A stretch of 59,180 nucleotides of DNA from the IMG/VR virus record IMGVR_UViG_3300014501_000021, positions 1-59,180 of that record. One strand, written 5' to 3'. The position numbers were made by a program, and so were the translations under genes. Source of the DNA: a virus. Lineage: Duplodnaviria; Caudoviricetes. The notes beneath the pieces are model-generated. The model made no database searches and was not told where the DNA came from. It worked only from the letters and a program-made list of their open reading frames with translations. Shown here in pieces: positions 10,141 through 21,200 of the stretch (position 1 is its first letter; each line of letters starts with the position of its first letter).

Positions 10141-10377
10141 ATGAAGAAATGGATAAGCAACGTTAAAGAATGGTTTAGAAAGCTTTTTGTAAAGGTAGAG
10201 ACTGGTGCGCTTGAAAGGATAGTTCGTGAAAAATTAGCAGCGAGTCCAATAAATTCGTGTGATCATAAGTTTGCAGTAAAGCAGGTATGGACTCGAGTAG
10301 CGACTAGACAGTTTGAGTTGCAGAACGAAATAACTTGCGTAAAGTGCAGTGATCGTAGAGTGGAAGCTATTAGGTAA
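10141..10377 (+). CDS. small hypothetical protein with CxH/CxxC metal-binding motif
   Basis: AAGGAG RBS; CDHKF...CVKC. Confidence 0.65.
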   Translation: MKKWISNVKEWFRKLFVKVETGALERIVREKLAASPINSCDHKFAVKQVWTRVATRQFELQNEITCVKCSDRRVEAIR

Positions 10378-10380
10378 GTT

Positions 10381-10545
10381 ATGGTTTGCGAACTTTGCGA
10401 CAAGCCGTTTGACAAAGAGAAACGCAAACTAACCGTACGCGGTAAGATATTTTACGTGCATGATATGTGTTTAAGAAAGGCTACTAAGAGGCAGTTGGTG
10501 GCTAAAAAAATTATAAAGAAGGACGACTTCAGCTGGAGACTTTAA
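10381..10545 (+). CDS. 54-aa CxxC...HxxC zinc-finger-like protein
   Basis: Below the ORF-track cut-off. Reads MVCELCDKPF...FYVHDMCLRK...WRL* and fills the gap between 10377 and 10551. Confidence 0.6.
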   Translation: MVCELCDKPFDKEKRKLTVRGKIFYVHDMCLRKATKRQLVAKKIIKKDDFSWRL

Positions 10546-10550
10546 ACTAA

Positions 10551-13500
10551 ATGGCAAATCTACCAGGTATTATACAACTATCCGACCTTGCTAACTTCAC
10601 AGCGTCTGCGACAGAGCTTGGCTTAATTCAGCTTCTCGGAGACCTTGGAGGATCAGCTACGCTCCCCGAAGTAGTAGGTTTGCGAGGCGTTCCTGTCTCG
10701 TCTACAGCTCCCGTCTTTAATCAAGTTCTTACTTTCGACGGTGCTGCATGGATTCCTTCGTATCTTGGTAACATGGCTGTCGGAGGAGATCTACGCGGAT
10801 CGATATTAGATGCTACGGTCGTAGCGATTCAAGGTATACAGATTATTCCTTATGGAACTGTAACATCAGGAACATCTACATCAGGAGCGAGCCCCTCAAC
10901 AAATCTAACAGGCTTGTCTCCTGCTACAACTGCTGCGGTAGGCGTAACGGTTGATGGCTTATACTTACCATATGTAACATTCAACGCGCTAACTTCTATC
11001 ACTGGTCCCGCTATAGCTTCTAACTTACAGAATGCTATCAATGCTGCGCTATCTGCGACTACAACCGATTCTACTACGGAAGCATTAACCGTTAGTCCCT
11101 CATTCCCTTACACCGTTACACTAGCGCACCTTCCTGTAAATATACCAACAATCTCGGGATATTCCTATGCAGTTAGTACTCCTGCGGCAGGCCAGTTTAC
11201 TGTCAATTTTTCTACAGGAGTTCTGACATTCAATCTAACCGCGGCAGGTTTCCCTGTTGTAGTCGATTACGCCTACACACGTCCCACTTTATCAGTAACT
11301 GCTACGTATACCGGTTCTCATTATGTTGTCACATCTAACTCTTCAGGTCCCTCTAGCTCCGTAGTATTTTCTTCTCCGATATTCGTTGCTCCTCTCGCGA
11401 ACTGGCCAGATGTAACTCCTCTACTCAAGCTCGGCGTAGCTAACGGAGGTACAGAAGTAGCAGGTACTTCAGGAGCTATACCTGTCGGGTACGTACTGAC
11501 CTCAGCAGGATCTAATACTGCTTCTTGGCAAGCAGGCGGAGGCGGAGGTGGTGGATCGGGTCAGGCGCCGGTATTTTTCCCTTCAGTAACTCCTGTATCT
11601 TTTGCGGTACAGACTTTTACTGTTCCAGGAGCAATTAGCTTATGGGCTGGAGTATTTGATGGAACTAATTTTTGGCTAGTAGATAACGGGAGCGATACTG
11701 CAACCTATGTAACGAGTTCTGGCAGTGTACTAAGCAGTTTCTCGGTCGCCGAAGGTATGTCGGGAGTAACATTTGATGGCACTAATCTGTGGATGAGTAG
11801 TGACGGCGAAAGTAATTTATATGTGTACTCAACAGCAGGAACATTACTTCAGACTTACCCTATAAGTAACCCCGCACTGTCTATCACATACGACGGTTCT
11901 ACTTTCTGGGTGACGGATAATGGCGGTAACTTAGTACAGTATTCAAACCTCGGAGTGTTACTGAATACGTATACATTCTCATTTTTTGCGGGGCAGGTCG
12001 TATACGCTGGAGGAAATCTTTGGGCGCTAGATAACGTTAATAATCTTCAAAAGATTTCACTTTCGGGTGTACTTTTAAATACATATCCGCTACCTACTCA
12101 AACCGCTTCTTCTATAACTTTCGATGGTTCTTCTACCCTTTGGATATGGGATGCGTCAAATCCTACGGCACGTCTAGTAAGTGCAACCCTTTCTGGGGTA
12201 ATTACTCTCGTTAATAGCGTACCTTACGATCAAGAAAATTTCAATAATCTCGTTTTTGGGGACGGAAATTTATATGGGATTGGCGGAGGACCCGCTGGTG
12301 ATAATTTCTCGTTAATTAGCACAACTGGCGCAATAACGTATACATGGGAAGTAACGTCTACAACAGAAAGTCAGGTACAGATGGCGGTGCCTTTCGCTAC
12401 TACTGCAGCTAATCTCTACGTATTGCCTACCTCTACTACCGCAGGTGGTTCTTCAGTTTCTGTAACCTTAAGAAAGAATGGTGTAAATACTACATTAACC
12501 GTTACGATTCCTGCAGGCACCTCTACCGCAATATTTGATACAACACACACTGTAGCATTTGCTGCAGGGGATCTCATAGACTTTGGGGTGGCTTCGAACT
12601 TTACATCTACTGGCACTGATCTTCAAATCAGTCTCACGTTATCAGGAGCTGGGGGCGGAGGAGGCGGATCTCCGACAGGTCCTGCGAGTGGTGACTTAGC
12701 AGGAAATTACCCAGACCCAATTGTTAATTCTATCCAAGGCGTAGTTATCACAGGTACTCCAACTGTAGGGCAGGTTCTCGAGGCTACCTCCCCTACTGCG
12801 GCTACATGGCATACTATTACTAGTTCCGCTACATATAGCCGCTCTCCAGCGACAGGAGACGGCAGTACAACCGTATTCACTGTTCCTTCCTACGTACTTG
12901 GTAATAATTCTCTTCTAGTATTTAATGATGGCGTCTTAATGTTAGCGACGGTAGATTATACTGAGACTACTACTACCTCTGTTACCTTCGCGACTGCACC
13001 TGTTTCAGGAGCTACATTATCCTTTATTGTGGCAAGTTCTTCTGCAGGAGGCGGTGGCGCTCCTGGCGGAGTAACTGGCGATATTCAATATAATAACGCG
13101 GGAACATTTGCAGGAGATACCTCATTCACTACAGACGGTGCAGGTAATGTAACGGTAACTACTTTATCCGCCGCAGATATAGGCGCCGCTGCTTCTGTGA
13201 GTGTGGGTGGTGAACTTTCCGTTGTTGGTATATCCTCTTTAGATAACGGAACTATCATTACAGACGGTACTGGCAATGTTAATATGGGTGCATCCCTAAC
13301 GATGGATGGGAACGCTACCAGCATTCATATCTTGGAAACATCCCTGACGCAAGGAGCAATAGTAGGTTATCTCAACGCCTTCCCTTGGTTACACGACGGC
13401 TCCGAACTTGAATTTGGAGGATATTACAGCGGTACTACACCGTTCGCTGTTTCGATGAATGCTCCAAGCGGAAATTTCTACATAGGAGCCGACGGATTTA

Positions 13501-15404
13501 CCCGCTGGGGTGTCGGAGTCAATCCATCCATTGGAACTCTAACGATTGATCAGGCAACTGGAAATCTAGTTTCTCTCGGTACCGCGTCATTCTCAAGTTT
13601 ACAACTAACTCTTGGAGCTACTGCTGGTTATGTCTTAACTTCTGATGCATCGGGTGATGGCTCGTGGCAGCCTGCCGCGAGTATCCCTCCTTCTCTGTTA
13701 TATGAGGGAGGAGTACTTACTGGCCCTATACTTACTCCTTCTATTGTTCCAGGTTCTATAAGCGATTCTTGGACATTTGATTCCTTCCCTACAAGCGGAA
13801 GTTTTCCGATTGGTATAGTATTTGACGGCACCAACATGTGGGTCGCAAATCTATTTAGCGACTCTGTATCGGTATATGCCCCGGACGGGTCGTTATCAGC
13901 AACCTATACAGGTACAGGTTCACAGCCAATAGGTATGGCGTTTGACGGTAGTAATGTATGGACTACCAATAGAGGCGACGGCTCCGTCTCTATAATAACG
14001 TCGGGTGGCGTAATTTCCAACTACTCAATTGGAGCATCTGCTCCTCAGGCTATCTGTTGGGATGGTACCAATATGTGGGTACCGAGTAACGACGGTAATT
14101 TGATTCAAGTAACTCCTTCTGGATCTTTTACTGCTTTCAATCTTTTCCCCGGTGATCAGCCTATAGGTATTGCATTCGATAATACCAATCTATGGGTAAC
14201 GCTGCTTGCTGCAGGGGCAGTCGCAGAAGTTAACACTAGCGGAGTTTTACTAAATACTTATCCTACGGAAGGCGGAGGCTACCCTACAGCTATCGTTTAC
14301 GATAATCTTTTCATGTGGATAGCCAATGAAGGAGGCGCTCTAACTAAAATGGATCCTTCTGGTGGGGTGACCAATTATTATGGTATCCCTACTAGCACAG
14401 GCACTGGCGTGCAGTATATGGGCTGGGACGGTACTAATATCTGGATATCTTCTAACAGTACAGTAGCTGTTGTCCAGAACGGCTTATTAATAGAATCCTA
14501 CCCCTTTGCAGATCCAGGTGGTATTGCATTCGATGGTACTCACATGTGGTTCCCAGACAGAGGAACTAATCTTCTGTGGGAAAGTTTTCCGGGTACATCT
14601 TTCCAAGGTCCTGTTGTAGGTGGAACAGTTGCTGGTGGCGACCTCAGTGGTACTTACCCAAATCCCACGGTTGTTTCCGCTGCTGGAAACTTTACAGTTG
14701 ACGGTAATCTTATCGTTAATGGAACTACTACTCTCGATGATGGGTCAATTACTACAGACGGAGCGGGCAACGCGTCGCTAGTGTCGTTAAATGCCCTTCC
14801 TACTCCGGGCAGCGACTTAACTCTCAATGGATATAATGCCCCTACTGGTCACCGCGGAGGTGACATTGATATTAATGCAGGGCAGGGTGGTACTGCCGGT
14901 GGGACAGTTAGCATAGAGGCCGGCACTGCATTCGACCTGGGCGGTACTGGTGGATCAGTTACCATCGCAGGGGGTTCCAACGCGCTCGGCGGAGAAGTTC
15001 GTATCACTGCTGGTAGTGATTCCAATGGTAACAACGGAGGAGTAATTACTATTGGAGCAGGTGGCTCATCCCATGGCGGTAACATTACACTTACTCCTGG
15101 AGCGGGTTCACCTAACGGGCATGTTCAAATTGTTGACGGTACTCAGGCAGCAGGTAAAGTACTTACTTCTGACTCCTTTGGTAATGCATCGTGGCAGTCT
15201 GCTGGATCCGGATCTGATTCAAATGTGCCTGTTTCTTCTGTAACGACCTATACAGTAACACATAACTTAGGATTCTACCCGATTGTACAAGTCATAGACA
15301 GCAGTGGTTACCTAGAAATTCCAAACAGCGTACAGCACACGGATGTAAATAACTTCACGGTAACATGGGCAACTTCGTTCACAGGCACAATCATTTACAG
15401 GTAA
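10551..15404 (+). CDS. very large modular fibre/adhesin with two FDGxNxW beta-propellers
   Basis: 1617 aa; GGDLxGxxPxPxV repeats, a 6-repeat and a 7-repeat FDG-N-W cluster, an Ig-like module, and C-terminal TVTHNLG..P.VQV.D domain. Confidence 0.75.
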   Translation: MANLPGIIQLSDLANFTASATELGLIQLLGDLGGSATLPEVVGLRGVPVSSTAPVFNQVLTFDGAAWIPSYLGNMAVGGDLRGSILDATVVAIQGIQIIPYGTVTSGTSTSGASPSTNLTGLSPATTAAVGVTVDGLYLPYVTFNALTSITGPAIASNLQNAINAALSATTTDSTTEALTVSPSFPYTVTLAHLPVNIPTISGYSYAVSTPAAGQFTVNFSTGVLTFNLTAAGFPVVVDYAYTRPTLSVTATYTGSHYVVTSNSSGPSSSVVFSSPIFVAPLANWPDVTPLLKLGVANGGTEVAGTSGAIPVGYVLTSAGSNTASWQAGGGGGGGSGQAPVFFPSVTPVSFAVQTFTVPGAISLWAGVFDGTNFWLVDNGSDTATYVTSSGSVLSSFSVAEGMSGVTFDGTNLWMSSDGESNLYVYSTAGTLLQTYPISNPALSITYDGSTFWVTDNGGNLVQYSNLGVLLNTYTFSFFAGQVVYAGGNLWALDNVNNLQKISLSGVLLNTYPLPTQTASSITFDGSSTLWIWDASNPTARLVSATLSGVITLVNSVPYDQENFNNLVFGDGNLYGIGGGPAGDNFSLISTTGAITYTWEVTSTTESQVQMAVPFATTAANLYVLPTSTTAGGSSVSVTLRKNGVNTTLTVTIPAGTSTAIFDTTHTVAFAAGDLIDFGVASNFTSTGTDLQISLTLSGAGGGGGGSPTGPASGDLAGNYPDPIVNSIQGVVITGTPTVGQVLEATSPTAATWHTITSSATYSRSPATGDGSTTVFTVPSYVLGNNSLLVFNDGVLMLATVDYTETTTTSVTFATAPVSGATLSFIVASSSAGGGGAPGGVTGDIQYNNAGTFAGDTSFTTDGAGNVTVTTLSAADIGAAASVSVGGELSVVGISSLDNGTIITDGTGNVNMGASLTMDGNATSIHILETSLTQGAIVGYLNAFPWLHDGSELEFGGYYSGTTPFAVSMNAPSGNFYIGADGFTRWGVGVNPSIGTLTIDQATGNLVSLGTASFSSLQLTLGATAGYVLTSDASGDGSWQPAASIPPSLLYEGGVLTGPILTPSIVPGSISDSWTFDSFPTSGSFPIGIVFDGTNMWVANLFSDSVSVYAPDGSLSATYTGTGSQPIGMAFDGSNVWTTNRGDGSVSIITSGGVISNYSIGASAPQAICWDGTNMWVPSNDGNLIQVTPSGSFTAFNLFPGDQPIGIAFDNTNLWVTLLAAGAVAEVNTSGVLLNTYPTEGGGYPTAIVYDNLFMWIANEGGALTKMDPSGGVTNYYGIPTSTGTGVQYMGWDGTNIWISSNSTVAVVQNGLLIESYPFADPGGIAFDGTHMWFPDRGTNLLWESFPGTSFQGPVVGGTVAGGDLSGTYPNPTVVSAAGNFTVDGNLIVNGTTTLDDGSITTDGAGNASLVSLNALPTPGSDLTLNGYNAPTGHRGGDIDINAGQGGTAGGTVSIEAGTAFDLGGTGGSVTIAGGSNALGGEVRITAGSDSNGNNGGVITIGAGGSSHGGNITLTPGAGSPNGHVQIVDGTQAAGKVLTSDSFGNASWQSAGSGSDSNVPVSSVTTYTVTHNLGFYPIVQVIDSSGYLEIPNSVQHTDVNNFTVTWATSFTGTIIYR

Positions 15405-15408
15405 AACA

Positions 15409-18261
15409 ATGGAACTTAATGGATCTCTAAATATTGACGCTAACCTAATTGTTAAGGGAACTGCTTCTCTTGACAACGGCGCTATCACTACTGATGGTTC
15501 TGGTAATATCAATACTACTGGATCTTTCACAGTAGGAGGTAATCCTCTTCCAGGGGCAGTTGGTTCCATGACTTCTTACGCGTTAAGCGGTACACCTGTA
15601 GGAGTTGCCTTTGATGGTATTAATATGTGGACAGCTAACTATGGTAGCAATACTATAGATAAGATTGGGCCTACTGGAGTTGTAACTACTTATAGCGGTC
15701 TTCAACCCAGCCCAGAAGCTATTGCTTTCGACGGTGTCAATATGTGGATCACTTCTCTCAGTGTAGGAGGATCCGGCCCAGGATTCGTGACTAAAGTTGC
15801 ACCAGATGGTACCGCAACTATTTATAGTGGTACTGGAACAAATCCGGTAGGTATTGCTTTCGATGGCGTTAATATGTGGACGGCTAATGTAGTAGGTCAG
15901 ACGCTATCTAAGGTGGCGCCTGACGGTTCGATGACTGCCTATGCGCTACCTACTAGCGAACCGTATGACCTAGCTTTTGATGGTACGAATATGTGGGTTA
16001 CGGATTACGCTACTGGCAATATAATGGTAGTTACGCCAGACGGCGGAGTTACAGTATATCCATCTCCAGGTGTAGGAACTCCTTACGCTATCGTCTTTGA
16101 TGGTATCGATATGTGGGTAATTTACACAAGTGGTGGGGGTAGTTCTCTAGTTAAGGTTGCGCCAGATGGTACGATGACAGTTACCCCAAATACTGTACAG
16201 TACGCGGATTATCTGTGCTATGATGGTACTAACTTGTGGACTAATTCTTTTGATGGTACTCATCGTATCGCTGTTAAAATTGGCCCAGACGATAGTCTAA
16301 CTTACTACGAAGCAGTAGGAGGTAGCTTAGCTGATATGGCTTTCGATGGTCTAAATATCTGGGCGGTCAGCGAAAACGATCACACCATTACCAAAATTGT
16401 AACAGCCTCTCCTGTCCGAAAACAGCCCGCAAATCTTTATGATTTCGCTCTCGCTTCCGCGCAACTTCCTAGTAGTGCTGCAGGACCGTCTGGCGGAGAT
16501 CTCAGTGGTACTTATCCAAATCCAGTTGTAGCGCAATCTTCGGCGGCAACATTTACGGTAACAGGCGCCCTCGCCGTAGATGGATCAACTTCGCTTGACA
16601 GCGGCACTATAACTACAAATGGTAGCGGTACTCTAACTGCAGCTGGATTAATTACTTCAACACTTCAGGTGACTACAGGAGTAACTTCTGGCGACGTATT
16701 AACTTCCGACGCATCTGGAAATGCAACTTGGCAACCCGCTTCTAGTAGCGCGCCCGGCGGAGTAACTGGAGATATTCAATATAATAACGCGGGAGTATTC
16801 GCGGGAGACACTTCCTTTACTACGAATGGAAGTGGAGGTGTAAGCGTTAATAGCTTATCTATTGGAATTACTCAAGTACTCGACTCAAGTCGCAACTTGA
16901 GTGTTAATAACCTAAGTGTTGGTGGATTATTTTCAGTTTCTAATTTAACTATAAACCAAAATATTACAGTTGATGGTTTAGTAGTATATCAACCCAATAG
17001 TATGGCTCCTGGCGCTGTGCAAGGAGGGGTTTACTATAATTCAAGTCTTAATGCATTGGAAGTTTCGCTAGACGGCTCTACATTCACTCCGATACTAACT
17101 TCTTCATCCAGTATTGCCGCAGCTAATATTTCAGCAGGTACAGCTGGGATTAACATTACAGGTAATGCTGCTACTGCCAACGCACTGAACTCTGCTACGA
17201 CAGTTGTCAACGTTAGTTCCGCGACAGCTCCTACAACTGGACAAGTTCTTACGGCTACTTCAGGTACTGCAGCAACTTGGCAGACTCCTGGAGGATCAAG
17301 CGGTACTCCTGGTTTCACAAGTGTTCTCGGTACGGGAGCAGATGGAGCAGTTGTCATTTCTTCAAATACTGCATTAGCTTCAACATACAACTTTGGAACT
17401 CAAGGAAACGTCGCCGTCAAAAATTATTCTAGCTTAACCGTTAATAACGGATCTACTCTTAGCTTAGCATCTGGAGTAAATGGAATGATTCTTTACTGCA
17501 CAGGAACTGTAACGGTTAACGGTACTATTACCGCGAGTGGACAAGGAGCAACAGGCGGCGTAAACACAGTTGGAAATAACGGCGGCGAAGTTATTGGATG
17601 GGCGACACCTTCTTCAGCACTATTTACGCAATTATTCGCAAATCCGTCTGCTCTCACTGGATCAGATAGCTATCAGGGTTTCGCAAGCGGTAACGCAATC
17701 ATATCGGGAGCAGGGAGTGCAGGAAACAGTGGTAACCCTGGCGGCGCGCACGGCGTAGGTCTTGGAGGACCCGCTCCGTCTGCGGCCCAGCTCGCAATCT
17801 TTAACAACATGCCTGCTTACGCTTACTCTTGGGGAATATTACTCACGGGAGCAGGAGGCGGCGGCCTTGGTAACGGAGAAACGGGACAAGGTGGAAGTGG
17901 CGGTGGATTCGTTATGATCTTTTGCAATAGCCTCATTATTGGCGCGACAGGAGTGATATCTGCCAACGGCGGAAGCGGTCCTACTAGCGGTGCACAGGGT
18001 ATTCCTGGAGCGGGTGGAGGAGGAGCAGGTCTTATTGTTCTTGCGTACGAAACTATCTCTAATAGCGGCTCTCTTCAGTGTAACGGTGGAGCAGGCGGAA
18101 GCGTTGCGGCAGGTGTTGCTCCTGGCGGCGCTGGCGGAACTAATACGACTATCAACGGAACTCCTACTTCAGGATCTAACGGAGTCACAGCAACTGGCGC
18201 GGATATCTCAGCCAGCGGTGGTGGCGGATCAGGCGGACCTATCGTCGGAATTGTAATCTAA
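15409..18261 (+). CDS. fibre/adhesin with 7-blade FDGxNMW propeller and Gly-rich C-terminal domain
   Basis: Seven (F/Y)DGxN(M/L/I)W-type repeats; GTGADGAVVIS..YSSLTVNNGSTL..GGSGGG C-terminal domain. Confidence 0.75.
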   Translation: MELNGSLNIDANLIVKGTASLDNGAITTDGSGNINTTGSFTVGGNPLPGAVGSMTSYALSGTPVGVAFDGINMWTANYGSNTIDKIGPTGVVTTYSGLQPSPEAIAFDGVNMWITSLSVGGSGPGFVTKVAPDGTATIYSGTGTNPVGIAFDGVNMWTANVVGQTLSKVAPDGSMTAYALPTSEPYDLAFDGTNMWVTDYATGNIMVVTPDGGVTVYPSPGVGTPYAIVFDGIDMWVIYTSGGGSSLVKVAPDGTMTVTPNTVQYADYLCYDGTNLWTNSFDGTHRIAVKIGPDDSLTYYEAVGGSLADMAFDGLNIWAVSENDHTITKIVTASPVRKQPANLYDFALASAQLPSSAAGPSGGDLSGTYPNPVVAQSSAATFTVTGALAVDGSTSLDSGTITTNGSGTLTAAGLITSTLQVTTGVTSGDVLTSDASGNATWQPASSSAPGGVTGDIQYNNAGVFAGDTSFTTNGSGGVSVNSLSIGITQVLDSSRNLSVNNLSVGGLFSVSNLTINQNITVDGLVVYQPNSMAPGAVQGGVYYNSSLNALEVSLDGSTFTPILTSSSSIAAANISAGTAGINITGNAATANALNSATTVVNVSSATAPTTGQVLTATSGTAATWQTPGGSSGTPGFTSVLGTGADGAVVISSNTALASTYNFGTQGNVAVKNYSSLTVNNGSTLSLASGVNGMILYCTGTVTVNGTITASGQGATGGVNTVGNNGGEVIGWATPSSALFTQLFANPSALTGSDSYQGFASGNAIISGAGSAGNSGNPGGAHGVGLGGPAPSAAQLAIFNNMPAYAYSWGILLTGAGGGGLGNGETGQGGSGGGFVMIFCNSLIIGATGVISANGGSGPTSGAQGIPGAGGGGAGLIVLAYETISNSGSLQCNGGAGGSVAAGVAPGGAGGTNTTINGTPTSGSNGVTATGADISASGGGGSGGPIVGIVI

Positions 18262-18271
18262 CGGAAATATA

Positions 18272-21200
18272 ATGACAACTATTCATCCTATATTACTAAC
18301 ACAAACGGGAACAGCTCCTACGACTGGAGAAGTTCTAACAGCTACTTCTTCAACAACTGCTAGCTGGCTACCTGCTTCAGGAGGTGGTAGTAATGGTCCC
18401 AACTACTACATAATTGGTCCTACAGGTAATTATTCCACTCTGACACAGGCGGTCGCGGCTCACCCAGAATGGACCGATGGGACATTAGCGGTTACGGTCA
18501 CTATATTCTTCCAGGCGGGTGATTATGTAGAATCGCCTATCGTTCTTAATGGAGGAACTGGAAGTATAAATCTAACATGTACAACTAGCCCAGATAGTTT
18601 AGCTATCCTTAATTACAATTCGGCTACTCCTGCGATAACACATGCGGGCGGTACTCTTACTATTGCGCAGTTGCAGATTACGAATCCTGTTGGCGTAGTT
18701 ATAAATTGTACGGGTACGTTTCCTAGTGATGGTCTTATTATTGGTAACGATTCCTTCATAGATACCGATCTTGGCGCAGTCCCTTACGCATTGACGTTTA
18801 ATTCTGCAGGCTCTCTCAATGTTCAGGGTAACTCTCTCGTATTCGGTATTCACTATAATGGATCAGGAACGCAGAGTAGCCTTAATCTTAACCAGGCGCT
18901 TGTTTTCAATTATGGAGCACCTCCTCTATATATTGCAAACGGCCCAGAATTTGGAACACCGTTTGGATTTACCGTTAATTATTCTCAGCTCAGCGAGTTT
19001 AGTAATACGTTCCCTGCTATATTCGGTGCTGCAAATGGCTACGGTGGAAATATCAGTTTCAACGATCTCAATGGATCCGCTCCTACGAGTAATAATATCG
19101 GTACCAACGCGGGCGCGATTGGAAGCGTTCCACTAGCTACAAATCCTAGCGGCGGCGGGGGAATACTTCAAGTACAGGGAGATTTTTCTGCTAACTCTAT
19201 AACAACTCCAGCATTTCAAGTAACAACAGGTGCATCCGCGGGAGCCGTTCTGACTTCTGATGGTTCAGGAAACGCAACTTGGCAGGCTCCTGCGGCCGGA
19301 TTCGTTTTAGGAGCGGTTACTTCATATGCTATAGGTACCACTACCGCTGATGACATTGCGTTTGATGGCGTCAATATGTGGGTATCTGATGGATCTAGTG
19401 GAGGCGGGGTAGCCAAAGTTTCTCCAGATGGTGGCTACACCTTCTATCCTGCAGGATCGGGCTATCCTGGAGGTATCGCGTTTGATGGCGTCAATATGTG
19501 GCAAACGGGCTACACCCTCGCTAAAATAGCTCCGAACGGAACTGCAATCACCTTTGCTGCGGCAGCAGGTCAGCCGCAGAGTATCGCTTTCGATGGCGTC
19601 AACATGTGGACGGCTAACTACTCCGATAACTCTGTTACCAAGATCACTCCAGATTTAACACAAACAGTTTACTCTATACCGGATTGCACTACGCCTGGAG
19701 GTATCGCGTTTGATGGCGTCAATATGTGGATGGCTGGGATTGTTAGTAATACTATTTCGATGATTACTCCCAGCGGCGTATCTGTTACTTACCCTTTGTC
19801 AGGAATTAACCCATACGGCGTTGCATTCGATGGCACGAATATGTGGGTCGCATTCGGAGGAAGTCAGGCGGTTTCTATGGTCGCACCTGATGGAACAGAA
19901 ACCTATTATTCTGGAGCTCCAGACTTTGGGGCAAAAATAGCATTTGATGGTACCGATATGTGGGTTACGTGCGGCGGCGGAAGTGGTTCAGGAAATGTCA
20001 TACAAGTATCCCCATCTGGCGCTTTTACACTATGGCCTGTTGCTTCGTCGTATAGTCAAGGTATTGCGTGGGATGGCCAAAATATGTGGGTGGCTTCCTT
20101 CAGTAATAATGTTTATAAAGTAGCGGTTAGCCCAGATTATCACATTGCGCCGAATCCCGATGATCTTTTTGGATACGCAGTATTAAATAAAGAGGGCCAG
20201 GAGAACATAGCGGTAGGAACTACCCTGCTCGATATACCGATTGCTGGAGGATATCAGACAATATTCGATGGAACAAATATTTGGGTTCTCAATTATGCTA
20301 GCAATACAGCTACTCCTGTTTTAGCTTCAACGGGGACTATCGGAACGTCAATTACTGTTGGTAATAATCCATTCAGAGGAGTATTTGACGGAACCAATAT
20401 CTGGGTGATAAGCGCGACTGACGCTAGTGTAACACAAGTTTCAGTTGATACTTTATCGCCAGTTGCAACTTACGTAATAGCAGGGGCCAGTGCTCCTTCT
20501 GGTATTTCTTTTGATGGAACTTATTTTTGGATCGCAGATTATGCTACAGGTGACGTTTATAAAATGAATAATCTGGGAACAGTGTTAGATACTATCCCGG
20601 TTGCCGGCGAATTGTACGGAATACCTTTCGATGGGGCTAACGTCTGGGCAGTGAGCGCATCAGCTAATACCGTAACAAAAATACAGACTTCTAACTCTGC
20701 AATTATAGGCACTTACCCAACAAATCTCAGCTATTCCTACGAAGCGTGCTTTGACGGAAATAATATTTGGGTGTCTGACGCAGGCGGAACTAATGTTACT
20801 AAGTTCCAAGCATCAACAGGTACTCTTCTAGGAACTTTCCCTGCTGGAAATAATTGTTACGGATTGTGTTTTGATGGTACCTATATTTGGTCGCCGGGTA
20901 ACCTCGATAATGTATTAGTTCAGCTTCTCGCAGCGACTGGCGCAACCGTAGGAACTTATCATATTTCTTCGGGCGGCACCCTTGTGGGAGTAACATTTGA
21001 TGGGAATAATATCTGGACAGTTTCCGCGGTCGACTTAACTAAGGTAGCGGACCCCTTGCCACTTGATCCGTGGGCAATACTTCCTCGCGGAGCAATCTTA
21101 TCAACAGGATTAGCAATTCCAACTGGAGCTGCAGGTGGCGATTTGTCGGGAACTTACCCGGATCCTGTCGTATCATCTATAGATGGCGTGCCAGTCTCAA

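Noticed and set aside
19358-19729. 36-nt repeats resembling a CRISPR array
   Set aside because: They are in frame within a long ORF, encode the FDGVNMW blade motif, and are spaced ~110-120 nt apart; no cas genes are present.
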